Source: Candidatus Bathyarchaeota archaeon (lineage in GTDB: Archaea > Thermoproteota > Bathyarchaeia > Bathyarchaeales > Bathycorpusculaceae). Taken from it: a stretch of 64,000 bases of DNA. Of the stretch, positions 49,983 through 60,613 are shown piece by piece. The stretch spans positions 96,001 through 160,000 of the forward strand of contig CAVZIW010000006.1 in the NCBI GenBank assembly GCA_963775465.1, given 5' to 3'. Under the pieces are notes generated by a model. It was not told where the DNA came from and did no database searches. It worked only from the letters and a program-made list of their open reading frames with translations. A program made the translations under genes and the position numbers. Position 1 is the stretch's first letter; each line of letters opens with the position of its first letter.

Positions 49983-50933
49983 TTAATCTAAGTTATCTGA
50001 CCAAGAGATAAGTTCAATCAAATGTGAAGGCACAGCATCCAAAATTGGTTGATCTAAGTGTCCGCCTATTGGCACAATGTATTGTCTGTAGAGGTCTGCG
50101 TGTCCTGAGTTTATAACTGCTGCTTGATACTCAAGGTGTACTGGTACTGGGACGATGGGATCAGCTCCGCCAATAACGCTTATCACTGGGATGCTTATGT
50201 CAGCGTGGAGTGTTGTGTCATGTTTTTCATAAGTGTTAGGTTTGTTTTCTCTTGTTTTGCCATTGTTGGCATCTGTTAGGTCCGCCATTACCTGCGTGAA
50301 GAATACCTTAAGACCAGCTATGTCGTCATCTGAAACGGATGATGGTATTGAAAATATTGCTCTCAATATCGGTACCGGAAGTGTGACCCATAAGTTAGCA
50401 AGGTTATATTGAGTTAAACTCCCTTTGCTTCCGCAGACATCCAGCACACCGCTATACAGCATAGGGTATTCTACAGCTAGGTTAAGTGCAATCTGCCCTC
50501 CCATAGAAAAGCCAACAAGGAATATTTTGTCAGTTACTTGGTATTTGTCAACAACATACATCGTTAACTGGTGGGTGCGGATTATTCCTTCTTTAACTAG
50601 CCATGCACGCTCGCCTCCATTGTAATTACATGCAGCAAAAGCATATCCTGCAGACACAAGTCCCTTAGCAAGTAGGTCAAAGCCAAATTCAGGATGGGGG
50701 TCTTGGAAATAGTTGTAGCCCGTGCATCCAACAATAAAGCGTCCATTCCAAGCTTCCGGCATGTAAATTACGTAGTCTGCGCCTCCAAGGTTTCCTGTTG
50801 TTTGAGTGAAAGGCATCCCATTGTAATTATCGTAGATTGTGTTGGTGGATTTTGCTGAGGATGGACTGAAAAGCATTGATGACATTAACAAGCTTATCGC
50901 TATTAATATGATTGAAATTGTAATCTTCTTCAT
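49983..50933 (-). CDS. Secreted alpha/beta hydrolase
   Basis: Signal peptide, GFSMGG nucleophile elbow, D (GADPIVP) and H (GGH) triad. Confidence 0.85.
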   Translation of the reverse strand: MKKITISIILIAISLLMSSMLFSPSSAKSTNTIYDNYNGMPFTQTTGNLGGADYVIYMPEAWNGRFIVGCTGYNYFQDPHPEFGFDLLAKGLVSAGYAFAACNYNGGERAWLVKEGIIRTHQLTMYVVDKYQVTDKIFLVGFSMGGQIALNLAVEYPMLYSGVLDVCGSKGSLTQYNLANLWVTLPVPILRAIFSIPSSVSDDDIAGLKVFFTQVMADLTDANNGKTRENKPNTYEKHDTTLHADISIPVISVIGGADPIVPVPVHLEYQAAVINSGHADLYRQYIVPIGGHLDQPILDAVPSHLIELISWSDNLD

Positions 50934-50978
50934 TTTTTCACCTCCTCAATCTTTTATCCATAAAAAGAAAAAAGCGAT

Positions 50979-51464
50979 TTAGTTGCCAATCATGACAAAT
51001 CTAATGTACAAGCCATTTGGATACATGTTCGAATAGTAATTTGCAATGTTTATCACGTTTGGATTTTGTTGCATTGCGAAGCCGTTGAATAAGAAGTTCC
51101 AATAGCTATCATGTGACAAGAAAATCCATTTGTTTTCTGCCCCAAAGAAGGCGTACATATCAACAACACCGGGATCAGAAGGGCTTGGCGAAGTAGCCAT
51201 GTGTATTATCATTTCAATGGCATTTCCAATATGGAAGTCATCTGCATTCTTATGTTGGTACAAGATTGTTGTGCCGAAGCTTGGTGAGGGTACCCATTCA
51301 GTAAATTGCCCACTGGGAAGCATGAATTGCACCCAACCCAAATCAAAAGCATTATCAACATTGAGGTTTTTAACAGCATTCTGAGGTCCAATAGCCATAG
51401 ATGGGGAAGCTAACATTGCTATTGCTAAAACCGATACAATAATTCCTAAAATTCCCTTATTCAT
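50979..51464 (-). CDS. Secreted hypothetical protein
   Basis: GGAGG RBS before ATG 51464; signal peptide MNKGILGIIVSVLAIAMLASPSMA. Confidence 0.7.
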   Translation of the reverse strand: MNKGILGIIVSVLAIAMLASPSMAIGPQNAVKNLNVDNAFDLGWVQFMLPSGQFTEWVPSPSFGTTILYQHKNADDFHIGNAIEMIIHMATSPSPSDPGVVDMYAFFGAENKWIFLSHDSYWNFLFNGFAMQQNPNVINIANYYSNMYPNGLYIRFVMIGN

Positions 51465-51499
51465 TCTTTCAATTCCTCCTTTATTGAAACATGTTAAAT

Positions 51500-51527
51500 G
51501 TGGAAAAATACGTAACTTTTTTTCCAC
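51500..51527. promoter_or_regulatory. Palindromic operator candidate GTGGAAAAA-N10-TTTTTCCAC
   Basis: Perfect 9-bp inverted repeat 36-63 bp upstream of the secreted-protein pair. Confidence 0.5.
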
Positions 51528-51673
51528 TGAAAAAAACAGAGATAACTTCTTTAAAAGGAATTAAGAGCAAAATAAAAGCCTATTATCGAGTTGTGAGCCA
51601 TTAATATTGGCTAAAAACATAAATAAGTGTAAATAGACCATTAATTTTTATTTGAGCTTTAAATCAGTCTTAT

Positions 51674-54600
51674 TCATTTTTTTCCTTTGCGAATCAAATA
51701 TTCAACATGTTTTTTCACTGTTTCTCTATCATAGCTTATTCTAAGACGAATGATATTTCCTCCTCGACCACGTTCGCCAGGGAAGAATCTTTGCTCTATT
51801 AAACCGCGATGTTCTAATTCGACCAACGCGCGGTGCCTATTTTTGTATATTGTTGACTTAGGGATCCTCTGAGAATCGGCGATTTCCACAAGTGTTCTCC
51901 AACCAGCTTTTTCCAAGGCTAATCTGCGTTGCATATAATCTTTAATAAACTCATTTGTTAGGAAATTGAATACTCCTTTGGCAACACCGGAACCGAACAG
52001 GAAAAGTTCTTCTTCTCTTGGTTTCTCAGGAGTTATCGTCACTTCTTCTTTCTTGACTGTTGTATTAACAAAATCTCGCGTTCTCTCTCCTTCTTCAGAG
52101 GAGGTTTTAACAGTTATATTGATCGGTTCAGGTCTGTATAACGCGTTGCCTTGATGCATATCTCCGTATTCTATAGCGGAAGTGAGAGTAAAATGCCCAT
52201 TTTTTATCGCTTTAAATTCGAAATGTATCGCTTTCACGCTAAAAGGTTCGAGCTCGCTCTTTTGTAAATACAACATTCCCTGATTTAGTTCCGTTATCTG
52301 TGACTGTTCAACTATAATAAATTCTGAAGGCACTGCAGTGTAAACCTCTATAGAGCAAGATGTTCTCGATATATTAACTACGTCTAATCTACAGCAAAAA
52401 GATTCTCCCATCTGTACTTCCTTAGGGACTACAAAATAGGCCTTAATGCTTGGATCTTTAAACTTTTGTTCATATTCTAAGGTTGTTTTTAAAATGTTTT
52501 CCACTATTTCACACGCTTTCTTTTTTTCACCACTTTTCTGCAACACCCAGGCGAAATCAGATAATGGAAGATCTATTACTCGGGGGTTAGGGAAATTTTT
52601 GCGAAATGTTGAAAGATATTTGTTAAACTGCTCTATTGATTGTTGGAAGTGACCTTGTCCTGCAAGCAATACCATCTGGGATAGGGCGTAATAGAAGTTC
52701 CAAATTGTATTACTAGTTTCGGAAGGTGTAAATATTGACTTTAGCTTAGCGTCATACTCTTTCGCTTTTGCTATTTCTCCCTTTTTCGTTAATTGCTTGA
52801 CGAGATTTGAATATATTATTGTGAGAAATAAGGGTGAGTTTGATTTGTTTGAATATTCAATAGCTTTAAGATTTCTTTCTATTGCGCTGTTCAGATTGCC
52901 TGTTATTTCACATAGCAAAGAGTAAAAACAATTCGCCTTTGCGAGCATGATGTAATTTGCCATTTTCGTCTGTTGTTCAATTTCAAAGACTCTTTCAAAC
53001 ATTCGTTGCGCTTCGGGGTAGAGCCCGCAATATATGAACACTTTCCCTGTCTCATTGCATGCTTCCATCATTGATCGGTAATCACCTAATTCATCGTATA
53101 TGGAAAGTGAACGTAAACAGTAAGCTACTGCTTTCTCAATTTCCCCTTGACCAGAGGCGAAATCAGCAACTACAAATAATAACCACGCTGCATCGGAAAG
53201 GGAATATTCTTCTTCAAGAATATTTAGAGATTCTTCACATAATTTTTTCGCTTCTAACACTCTACTTCTCAGACATGTCGCTACTACACCTTTGTAATGG
53301 AGAATTCGAGCCTTTTGAAGTCGTCCTAAATTGCCCACTGATTCAGCTCTTGTTACTATTTGATCGATACGCTGAATATCACCCTGAAAAAAGGCTGATG
53401 TCATAGCCTTGACTAAAGCTCCTTGGTAAACAGATCCAGAGCTGATTTCAGCTAGAGACTCGTAGGTCTTGATTGCATCTTTAAAAGCATTACTAGCATA
53501 GAAGGCATCACCTAATCCGCCTAATGCCTTCCTTTTTATTTCCAAATCTGCTTTGTCATTGGAGATTGTCTGAAGAACCCAATTAAAATGTTTGATTGCT
53601 TCAAGATTGCTGTATCTCTCTAAAGCATCCTTGCCGGCTATAATACTGTATTCTATAGCTTTTGCTTTATTTCTGCCCTCAACATAGTGAAAAACGAGTT
53701 GATTTATGGAGAAACTCTCTCTGTTATTTTTATTTTCAATTTTTTCAGCGATTCTCTCGTGATAGCCACTTCTTAGAGGTTGGGAGATTTCTTGATAAAG
53801 TACTTCTCGGGATAACGAGTGGTCAAAAGCGTAGACGTTATCTTCAACTTTCAAAAGAAAGGTTGTGTGGAACATCTTATTCAGCGTTTCCAGAACAATT
53901 AGACTATCAATAGAAAGGACTGAGCCGATTAAATTTGAATCAAACTTGTCTCCGATAACCGCTGCAACATCAAGAATCCTTCTTTCTTCAGGTTTGAGTG
54001 CTTCTAACCTCCGAAGGATTACTTCTCTGACTTTGTATGGGATGCCTATCTTGCCTTTAACTTGCCAGGTGCTCTGTTCTTTTACAAGACACCCATTTTC
54101 TGCTAACATGTGGATCGATTCTACAACAAAGAGGGGATTACCCTGACTCTGAGTTAACATGCTATGGACTAAAGCTGAGTCTACTGGACCGCCAAGCATA
54201 CTTTCAGCGATTTTACCCACGCTCAATAGGTCCAAATTTGCAAGCTTAATTTCCTTAAACAGACCTTCTCGACCCATAAGATGTAAAGTTCTAGATAACG
54301 GTTGGGGTCCATCTTCACCAGATAACTCTTCACTTCTGAATGTTCCCAATATCATTATTCTCTCGGAAGTTACAGCACGGGACAAGTAGTGAAGAAGCGC
54401 AAGTGATGCGGTATCTGCCCAATGCATGTCCTCTAAGACCAACAACAACGGTTTCGCTGAAGACATGAAAAGCAATTCGTTAACAACTGCTAAAAACGCT
54501 TTATCCTTCCAGACAAGCGGCGGCGCATGCTTATTTTCAACAGTTTCTGGCCCGTAAGGTTCACTGAGATAAGACACCATTTTTAGCGCGGAGCAAGAAA

Positions 54601-54902
54601 GCTCAGTAGAGTAGCCATTTTCTCGGTAAGACGAATTGTAGGAACTAAAAGCTTCAATAAACGGAAAATAGGGAACATTGCTGCTGCTTAGGCACCAACC
54701 GAAAAGTATCATAACTCCCTTTTTTCTTAGCCATATTGAGAAATTCATTAGTTAACCTTGTTTTTCCGCTTCCTGCAACTCCAGAAATGAAAAAACTTGT
54801 CCCGTTTCCTTCAAGCGTAGCTTCTAAGCTTCTTTGCAATTTGGTTAGTTCTTTTTTTCTGCCAACTAAGACTGGCTTGGCTAATACAGGAGATTGCTGC
54901 AC
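51674..54902 (-). CDS. STAND-like AAA ATPase-TPR-Ig-winged helix regulator, frameshifted near N-terminus
   Basis: LVGR..GVAGSGKT (ORF 54654-54902) continues after a +1 shift at A6 (54720-54725) into LEDMHWAD, GNPLF, TPR repeats and C-terminal wHTH with GERGRGG wing. Confidence 0.8.
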
Positions 54903-55057
54903 GAGTTGATGCTTCCAGGTAATTCAAGTACTATAGAACTCTTAAGTGTGGATGAAGCTGAAATAGTTTGTTCACAGGCTATTCTTCTCAGAAAGAGTGT
55001 GTAATGGAAAGTCTTAAGAACTGATCATTTGCATAGGTGGTTGACTGGAATTAATCT

Positions 55058-56278
55058 ATGCAGAAAGATAGATCAGAATATCCGCGAAGGCTTTTCGTTC
55101 CAGCGCTAATCGTTTCTTTTCTCGCAGTAACAATCTCAGTGCCTATGTTGTCAATATTAACTATTGATATAACTCAATCTTTTTTTGGGAATGCCGAACC
55201 CATTGCGCTGGGGCAAGTTGCACAGGTAAGTACAATCAACAGAGGCGCTGAAGTCTTATTCGCCATAGCAGTAGGTTTTCTTACTCTTCGCTTTAAGAAC
55301 AAGCCATTGCTGTTGCTAGGCGTGTCAATTCTATTAGTATCTGCAGTTGGAAGTTATTTTGCACCAAACCTGCTCTGGCTACAGTTATTCTATGCTTTAG
55401 AAGGTGGCGGAAGTGTGATTGTTGCAATAATGGCGTTTACAGTAATTGGAGATCTATTGCCATCTAGAGAAAAGCCGAAGGTTGTCAGCTATATTAATGC
55501 GGTAGGTTTCGGGGCAATACTTGTCGCAGCTCCAGCAATAAGCATAATTACGAATATAGGCGGTTGGAGGCTAAACTACCTCTGGCTAGTGCTTCCACTT
55601 GCTATAGCCGGCTTGGCACTCGCGTACATGGGATTACCTTCTAAACAAACAGTGCCCCCCAACTCACAGCAACCTTTTTATAAAGGCTACAAAGAAGTTT
55701 TTAAAAATAAATCTGCATTTTCTTGTTTAATTGCAGGCATGTGCGGTACAGTGGGCAATCTAGCAGTTTTCAGTATTGCATTTTATAGGCAACAATTCTT
55801 AAACAACACTCCCGTCGCAGATCAGATAAATTTTAGCACCGGAATCTTGATGGCCGTCGCAGTGATATTCATTGTTGCTAACATAGTAATGGGACGCCTC
55901 CTGAACAAGATAAGCGCTATTACTCTTACCATTATTGGCGGTATTGGAAATGGAGTATTTACAGCGGTATTCTTTTTAGCACCAAATTTGTCAGCAGCAA
56001 TAATCATGCATATGTTTCAAATTTGGTTTTTTGCCATGGCTGTGACACCTTGGAGCGTTCTGGCTCTTGACCAGGTTCCTGATTTTAGGGGAACTATGAT
56101 GTCCCTAAGATCAATCGTCCTTAGCATAGGTTCAGCAATCGGCACCGCAGTGGGTGGCATAGTACTTACTTCTATAGGTTCATATCAAGTAGTTGGCATC
56201 TCCTTAGGAGTCATAATAATAGCAGGTTTTCCACTCCTCTACTTTTTTACAAAAGACACATCAAAAAACTATAGATGA
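55058..56278 (+). CDS. MFS transporter
   Basis: 12 TM helices, GGWR motif, PDFRGTMMS motif. Confidence 0.9.
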   Translation: MQKDRSEYPRRLFVPALIVSFLAVTISVPMLSILTIDITQSFFGNAEPIALGQVAQVSTINRGAEVLFAIAVGFLTLRFKNKPLLLLGVSILLVSAVGSYFAPNLLWLQLFYALEGGGSVIVAIMAFTVIGDLLPSREKPKVVSYINAVGFGAILVAAPAISIITNIGGWRLNYLWLVLPLAIAGLALAYMGLPSKQTVPPNSQQPFYKGYKEVFKNKSAFSCLIAGMCGTVGNLAVFSIAFYRQQFLNNTPVADQINFSTGILMAVAVIFIVANIVMGRLLNKISAITLTIIGGIGNGVFTAVFFLAPNLSAAIIMHMFQIWFFAMAVTPWSVLALDQVPDFRGTMMSLRSIVLSIGSAIGTAVGGIVLTSIGSYQVVGISLGVIIIAGFPLLYFFTKDTSKNYR

Positions 56279-56934
56279 TAGGTGCATTACAATATTAGCA
56301 ATCGCAAGTTTATTTCCTTGAGGAATATAGGCAGATATTGCTACCTTGTTTTGTGTTGTCTAAGAGCTAACTCACTTTTCGTTGTCTTCTCTTTTGATGT
56401 AAAATATAAAGCAGAAGTTGTCCTTTGAATGTTAGGTTAACAAGAGGATGAAACCGAGCAGAAATCTAAATCAAACTCTTCTATGATTCTTGCAAATTAT
56501 ATTATGACCATTTTCTTCGAGTTTTGGGATAATTTTGGGTTTTTCCTTTTTTGCTACGTGGTCATGCTTACGAGGTTTAAAAAACTTTATTATGAAATCT
56601 GCTTGCTCCATCTAATCAGCCTCAAATACAATGAATACAAGACAAAAAAAAAAGGGGAAAATGTTTCAGAATAAATTCGCTTCTGGACGGTTGACTTCCA
56701 CCGGATCCGCTTGTATTTTTCTGCTAAATTTTTTCTTGCATGTAACTTGATATTAGAAAGAAAACTCTGCATATCACCCAAGAATCTTCAACAACTACAA
56801 CCAAACCGCAACTAAACAAAGCCCCAACCCAAAAACCAAACAAAATACCAAACAAAAAAAACCACAACACCACAGCACTTCACAACAACCAAAACAAAAA
56901 AACCAGCTCCAAAAGCAGATGTAAGTTGACTCTT

Positions 56935-57390
56935 TTAGGAGCGTTTGTTTTCTTTTATTTTTATGTAGTCTTTTATCATTTGGTCATGTTCAAAAGCCAA
57001 TGGAGTTGGAAGCGCATCTAGGCTAAACAATTCTATTTTTTGGATCTCGCTGTCTTGTTTTTTTAGCTCTCCACCGACGGGTTCAACTACAAAACATGTC
57101 GGGTAGTACTCGTAGTCGACTTCATCTTTGAAGCCTTTTTCGACGTATTCCCCAATTTTGCAAATTATAGCCACATCTAGGCCTGTTTCTTCTTTAACTT
57201 CTCTAACTATTGTTTCCTCAACTGTTTCGCCAAGATCCATTCTGCCGCCAGGCAATGCCCAGTAACCCACAAAGGGTCGTGTGTTTCTTTTTACCAGTAA
57301 AATTACGTCGTTCGGGAAGGGGATTATAGCTGTTGCAGTTTTGCCCGTATATCTTCTTGTTTTGTTCAAGTTGTTATTTTCTTTCTCCAA
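56935..57390 (-). CDS. NUDIX hydrolase
   Basis: Nudix box GGRMDLGETVEETIVREVKEETG. Confidence 0.93.
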   Translation of the reverse strand: MEKENNNLNKTRRYTGKTATAIIPFPNDVILLVKRNTRPFVGYWALPGGRMDLGETVEETIVREVKEETGLDVAIICKIGEYVEKGFKDEVDYEYYPTCFVVEPVGGELKKQDSEIQKIELFSLDALPTPLAFEHDQMIKDYIKIKENKRS

Positions 57391-58163
57391 TTGATTATTA
57401 CAGTAACAGCAAAAATTATGATTCCAACGATAACTACAATTGGACCGGGGAAGGGCAAATTGAAGTTAAAGATGCTCCACAGAAGAACCCCCGTGAAGCC
57501 TGAGACAGCACCGAAGATTGCGCTAACTAGAGCATAACGTTTCATTTGGGTGCTCAGGTTTTTTGCTGCAATGGCGGGAACAACAACTAGAAAGCCTACT
57601 AGCAAGGTTCCGACAATTTGGATGCCGATGGCGACGACTACGGATACTAGGAATAGATAGAGTAGGTTTGTTCTTGCAACGTTGATGCCCTTTGAGATGG
57701 CTAAATCCTCAGAAATCATCGCTAAAACCAATTTGTCATAAATAACCTTCGTTAGTACCATGGCAACAACACAAACTGCTGCCGCAGCAAGAGTGGAAAC
57801 CGCCGTTACTTGAGAAATATCTCCGAAAAGTGCTGCTTCCAGCGCATCTAAATTATCTCCATAGAGTAATATGCCGATTGCCAAGGCCAATGTAAACATG
57901 GCGCCAACTAGTGCTTCAAAGGAAATCTTTGTTACTCGCTGAATATGCCAAATTATCACTGCTGATACAAATAGGAAAGTGAACGCTCCAAGATACGGGT
58001 TAAAATTTAAAGTAATGCCTATAGCCAAACCTGGTAGGGCTACGTGTGAAAGAGCGTCGCCGACTAGCGCCATCTTTTCCAGAACCATAAGTGAACCCAG
58101 ATATCCTGCCGCAACGCCGACAAATATTGATAGGAAAAGGCTGAAGAGGATTGTGTCGGGCAA
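57366..58163 (-). CDS. Zn/Mn ABC transporter permease (ZnuB-like)
   Basis: GDALSHVALPG, LFGDI, VGTLLV motifs; probable TTG start at 58163. Confidence 0.9.
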   Translation of the reverse strand: MPDTILFSLFLSIFVGVAAGYLGSLMVLEKMALVGDALSHVALPGLAIGITLNFNPYLGAFTFLFVSAVIIWHIQRVTKISFEALVGAMFTLALAIGILLYGDNLDALEAALFGDISQVTAVSTLAAAAVCVVAMVLTKVIYDKLVLAMISEDLAISKGINVARTNLLYLFLVSVVVAIGIQIVGTLLVGFLVVVPAIAAKNLSTQMKRYALVSAIFGAVSGFTGVLLWSIFNFNLPFPGPIVVIVGIIIFAVTVIINWRKKITT

Positions 58164-58165
58164 AA

Positions 58166-58861
58166 TTAGGCTTCTCCTCTTCTTGTCTCTACGCAAACAG
58201 TTTCGCCATAGATTTGTCGTTGGATTTCGGGTTTTCCAATTTCCGCTGAGGGCCCGCAGAATGTTATGCATTTGTTTAGTGCCAAAAGATCATCAGCGTA
58301 TTCTTGGACAATGTGAATGTTGTGCGTTATTAGAAATATTGTTATTTTTTGAGCTTTTTTTATTTCGTTGAGCAGCAGGTAAATTGGCTCTTCGCTGTCC
58401 ATATCCACTCCCGTTGTGGGTTCATCAAGTAGTAACACGTTTGGGTTGTCATTTAAAGCCCAAGCAATTAGAACACGCCTAAGCTGCCCTCCCGAAAGCG
58501 TCCCAAGCCTTTTGTTTAAGATGCTAAGATCCGTTAATCTTACCTTTTTTAAAGCGTTTTCAAGGTTGACTCTACTGTTGATGGACAGAAACTCCTTTAC
58601 TGTCATTGGAATGTCTGAAACAGCAATATATTGAGGCACATAACCGATTTTGACTTTTTCAGTCCACTCGATTGAACCCGTATGTGGGACCAGATTGAGA
58701 AGTGTTCGAAAGAGGATTGTTTTGCCCGCTCCATTTGGACCTAGAATAGCTATGGTTGTTCCTTTTTTTACGTTGAAATTTAGATGCTCCAATACGGGTT
58801 GATTTTGCATTCTCACTGCAAGATCTGAAACTTTAAGTATATACTCTTTATCATCTGCCAT
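58166..58861 (-). CDS. Zn/Mn ABC transporter ATPase (ZnuC-like)
   Basis: GPNGAGKT, IGYVPQ, LSGGQ, LLDEPTTGVD. Confidence 0.92.
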   Translation of the reverse strand: MADDKEYILKVSDLAVRMQNQPVLEHLNFNVKKGTTIAILGPNGAGKTILFRTLLNLVPHTGSIEWTEKVKIGYVPQYIAVSDIPMTVKEFLSINSRVNLENALKKVRLTDLSILNKRLGTLSGGQLRRVLIAWALNDNPNVLLLDEPTTGVDMDSEEPIYLLLNEIKKAQKITIFLITHNIHIVQEYADDLLALNKCITFCGPSAEIGKPEIQRQIYGETVCVETRRGEA

Positions 58862-58962
58862 AACTAACCACTTTTCTCATCTGCCTTCAAAGGGTAAGAG
58901 GCAAGAACAATAGTATTCTATATGTCTGGTACAATAAGTTTTTGAACCTATTCAAAGTTATA

Positions 58963-60570
58963 CTAAATTTGCTTGCTCAAAGCTTTGTATTCTTTATCAG
59001 AGATCCAACCCGCTTTCTTCATAAAAGATAAACCTTCTTCAACGTTTGTTTGAAAGACACTGCTCTTTAAGAGGTTGTTTTTTTCTCCTAATCTAAAAAG
59101 ATGATTTTCGAATTGCACGTTTTGCTGAATCAATTCTTGACGGTTTTGTAAAAATGCTGCGATTGCTTTGAATCGTGGATTTAGAAGATCTTTTATTCTT
59201 GATATCCCAAGTGCTCCTTTGAGTTTTGTTGAAAAATCCAGATGACCAACGGTTGATGGCGGAACAATTAAGTAACGTTTGGTTTCATTTTCCAAAAAAC
59301 AAGCAAAATAAAAGGGTATATAAAATAAGCTTGGCAGATCGAACTTTTCTCTTATGCCTATATTTACAAATTTGTCCTGAATGGACTCCCAACATTTTAG
59401 GTTTCTGTTTATCCCGTTGATTACAGGTGTTCCAAGGGCAATCATCTTCAGAATTTGTTGCCTGAAAAAAATTGTTTTGTCATCACATTCTTTTTCAAGA
59501 TCAATTATGGGCTGTTGGATCTGTTTAATTTCCGATTCCAAATCAAATTTTAGCTTGTGAATTTTTTGGCTTTTTTCCTTACACAGATTTTCAATATTGT
59601 TTCCTATTGTTTTGAGTTCTTTTTTTAGACCGTTTATCTCTGATTCAGTGCGCTTAATTTTTTCTCTCCATCGCTTCTCATAGATTAGATGTCTCATTTT
59701 TTCTTGTGCTTCTGCTTCCCACCCATAGTTTCTAATTTTTTTCTGATTCTTATTGATGGATCTTGTTGTCCTTGCATGTAATTTCTGTAGTCTTTGGATT
59801 TCTTTGTCAAAACTTCTTGTTACATTCTTGATATTTTGGTTATATTCCTTTTTTATTTTGACTATTTGAGGATTTACATACTCCTCTATTGCCTTTATCT
59901 TTGCATCTGCTTCTTCTTTTGCTGCCGCTGATTCGTATTCAATTGCCGTTTTGAATAAAATATTCGTTTTCTTAATTAATTTCAGACATTCAGGAAGATT
60001 ATCTGCTTCCTCTTTAAGAGTTGTTTGCAGAGAATCGAATTCACTTAGAACATTTTCCATATCTTTTAAGTTGAGGTTGGGCTCAATCGAGAAAAAATTT
60101 TGAACTGTTTTATCAGATACCTCAAAAGCTTCCTTAAAGTAAACTTTGAAATCATTTTTAAAATCGGGATCAACTATCAAGCCTTTCAGAATGAATTGTG
60201 TACCTGGCAAAGGTTTTCGGAAATAATCAGCATAATTTGAAAGGAAAGTGAAGTAGTCTTCCAAGAGTTGACTGCTTGATTCAATTTTTTTCACGAAAAG
60301 CTTAGAAGACGGAATTTCATTGTAAACGACAACAAAATTGGAATAATTCAACCCATCAAAAATAAATGTTTGATCCTTTCTTGGAAAAAGCCACAACGGA
60401 TAACCAACTTTTGATAAAAACAACAATCTTTCTTCTTGGTGTTTGACAATTAAACCGCTACCTTTGCCCCTTTCAAACTCCGCTAAAGCAAAGACCGCTG
60501 CAGCCTCTGTTTCCATAGCGTAATCCTCTTGGAAGGGTAGAGTATATTGTTTGGCAATAGCGGTTGACAT
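58963..60570 (-). CDS. Hypothetical protein with long central coiled coil
   Basis: Globular ends (GYPLW; FYIPFY..YLIVPPS) flanking about 200 aa of heptad repeats. Confidence 0.7.
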   Translation of the reverse strand: MSTAIAKQYTLPFQEDYAMETEAAAVFALAEFERGKGSGLIVKHQEERLLFLSKVGYPLWLFPRKDQTFIFDGLNYSNFVVVYNEIPSSKLFVKKIESSSQLLEDYFTFLSNYADYFRKPLPGTQFILKGLIVDPDFKNDFKVYFKEAFEVSDKTVQNFFSIEPNLNLKDMENVLSEFDSLQTTLKEEADNLPECLKLIKKTNILFKTAIEYESAAAKEEADAKIKAIEEYVNPQIVKIKKEYNQNIKNVTRSFDKEIQRLQKLHARTTRSINKNQKKIRNYGWEAEAQEKMRHLIYEKRWREKIKRTESEINGLKKELKTIGNNIENLCKEKSQKIHKLKFDLESEIKQIQQPIIDLEKECDDKTIFFRQQILKMIALGTPVINGINRNLKCWESIQDKFVNIGIREKFDLPSLFYIPFYFACFLENETKRYLIVPPSTVGHLDFSTKLKGALGISRIKDLLNPRFKAIAAFLQNRQELIQQNVQFENHLFRLGEKNNLLKSSVFQTNVEEGLSFMKKAGWISDKEYKALSKQI

Positions 60571-60613
60571 TAACGATCATCATCCATAAGAGAGACTGTT
60601 TTTTTAAAAGTTG

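Noticed and set aside
56785-56915. Strongly A/C-skewed tract
   Set aside because: Low complexity with no periodic unit; likely a T/G-rich terminator region of the minus-strand operon
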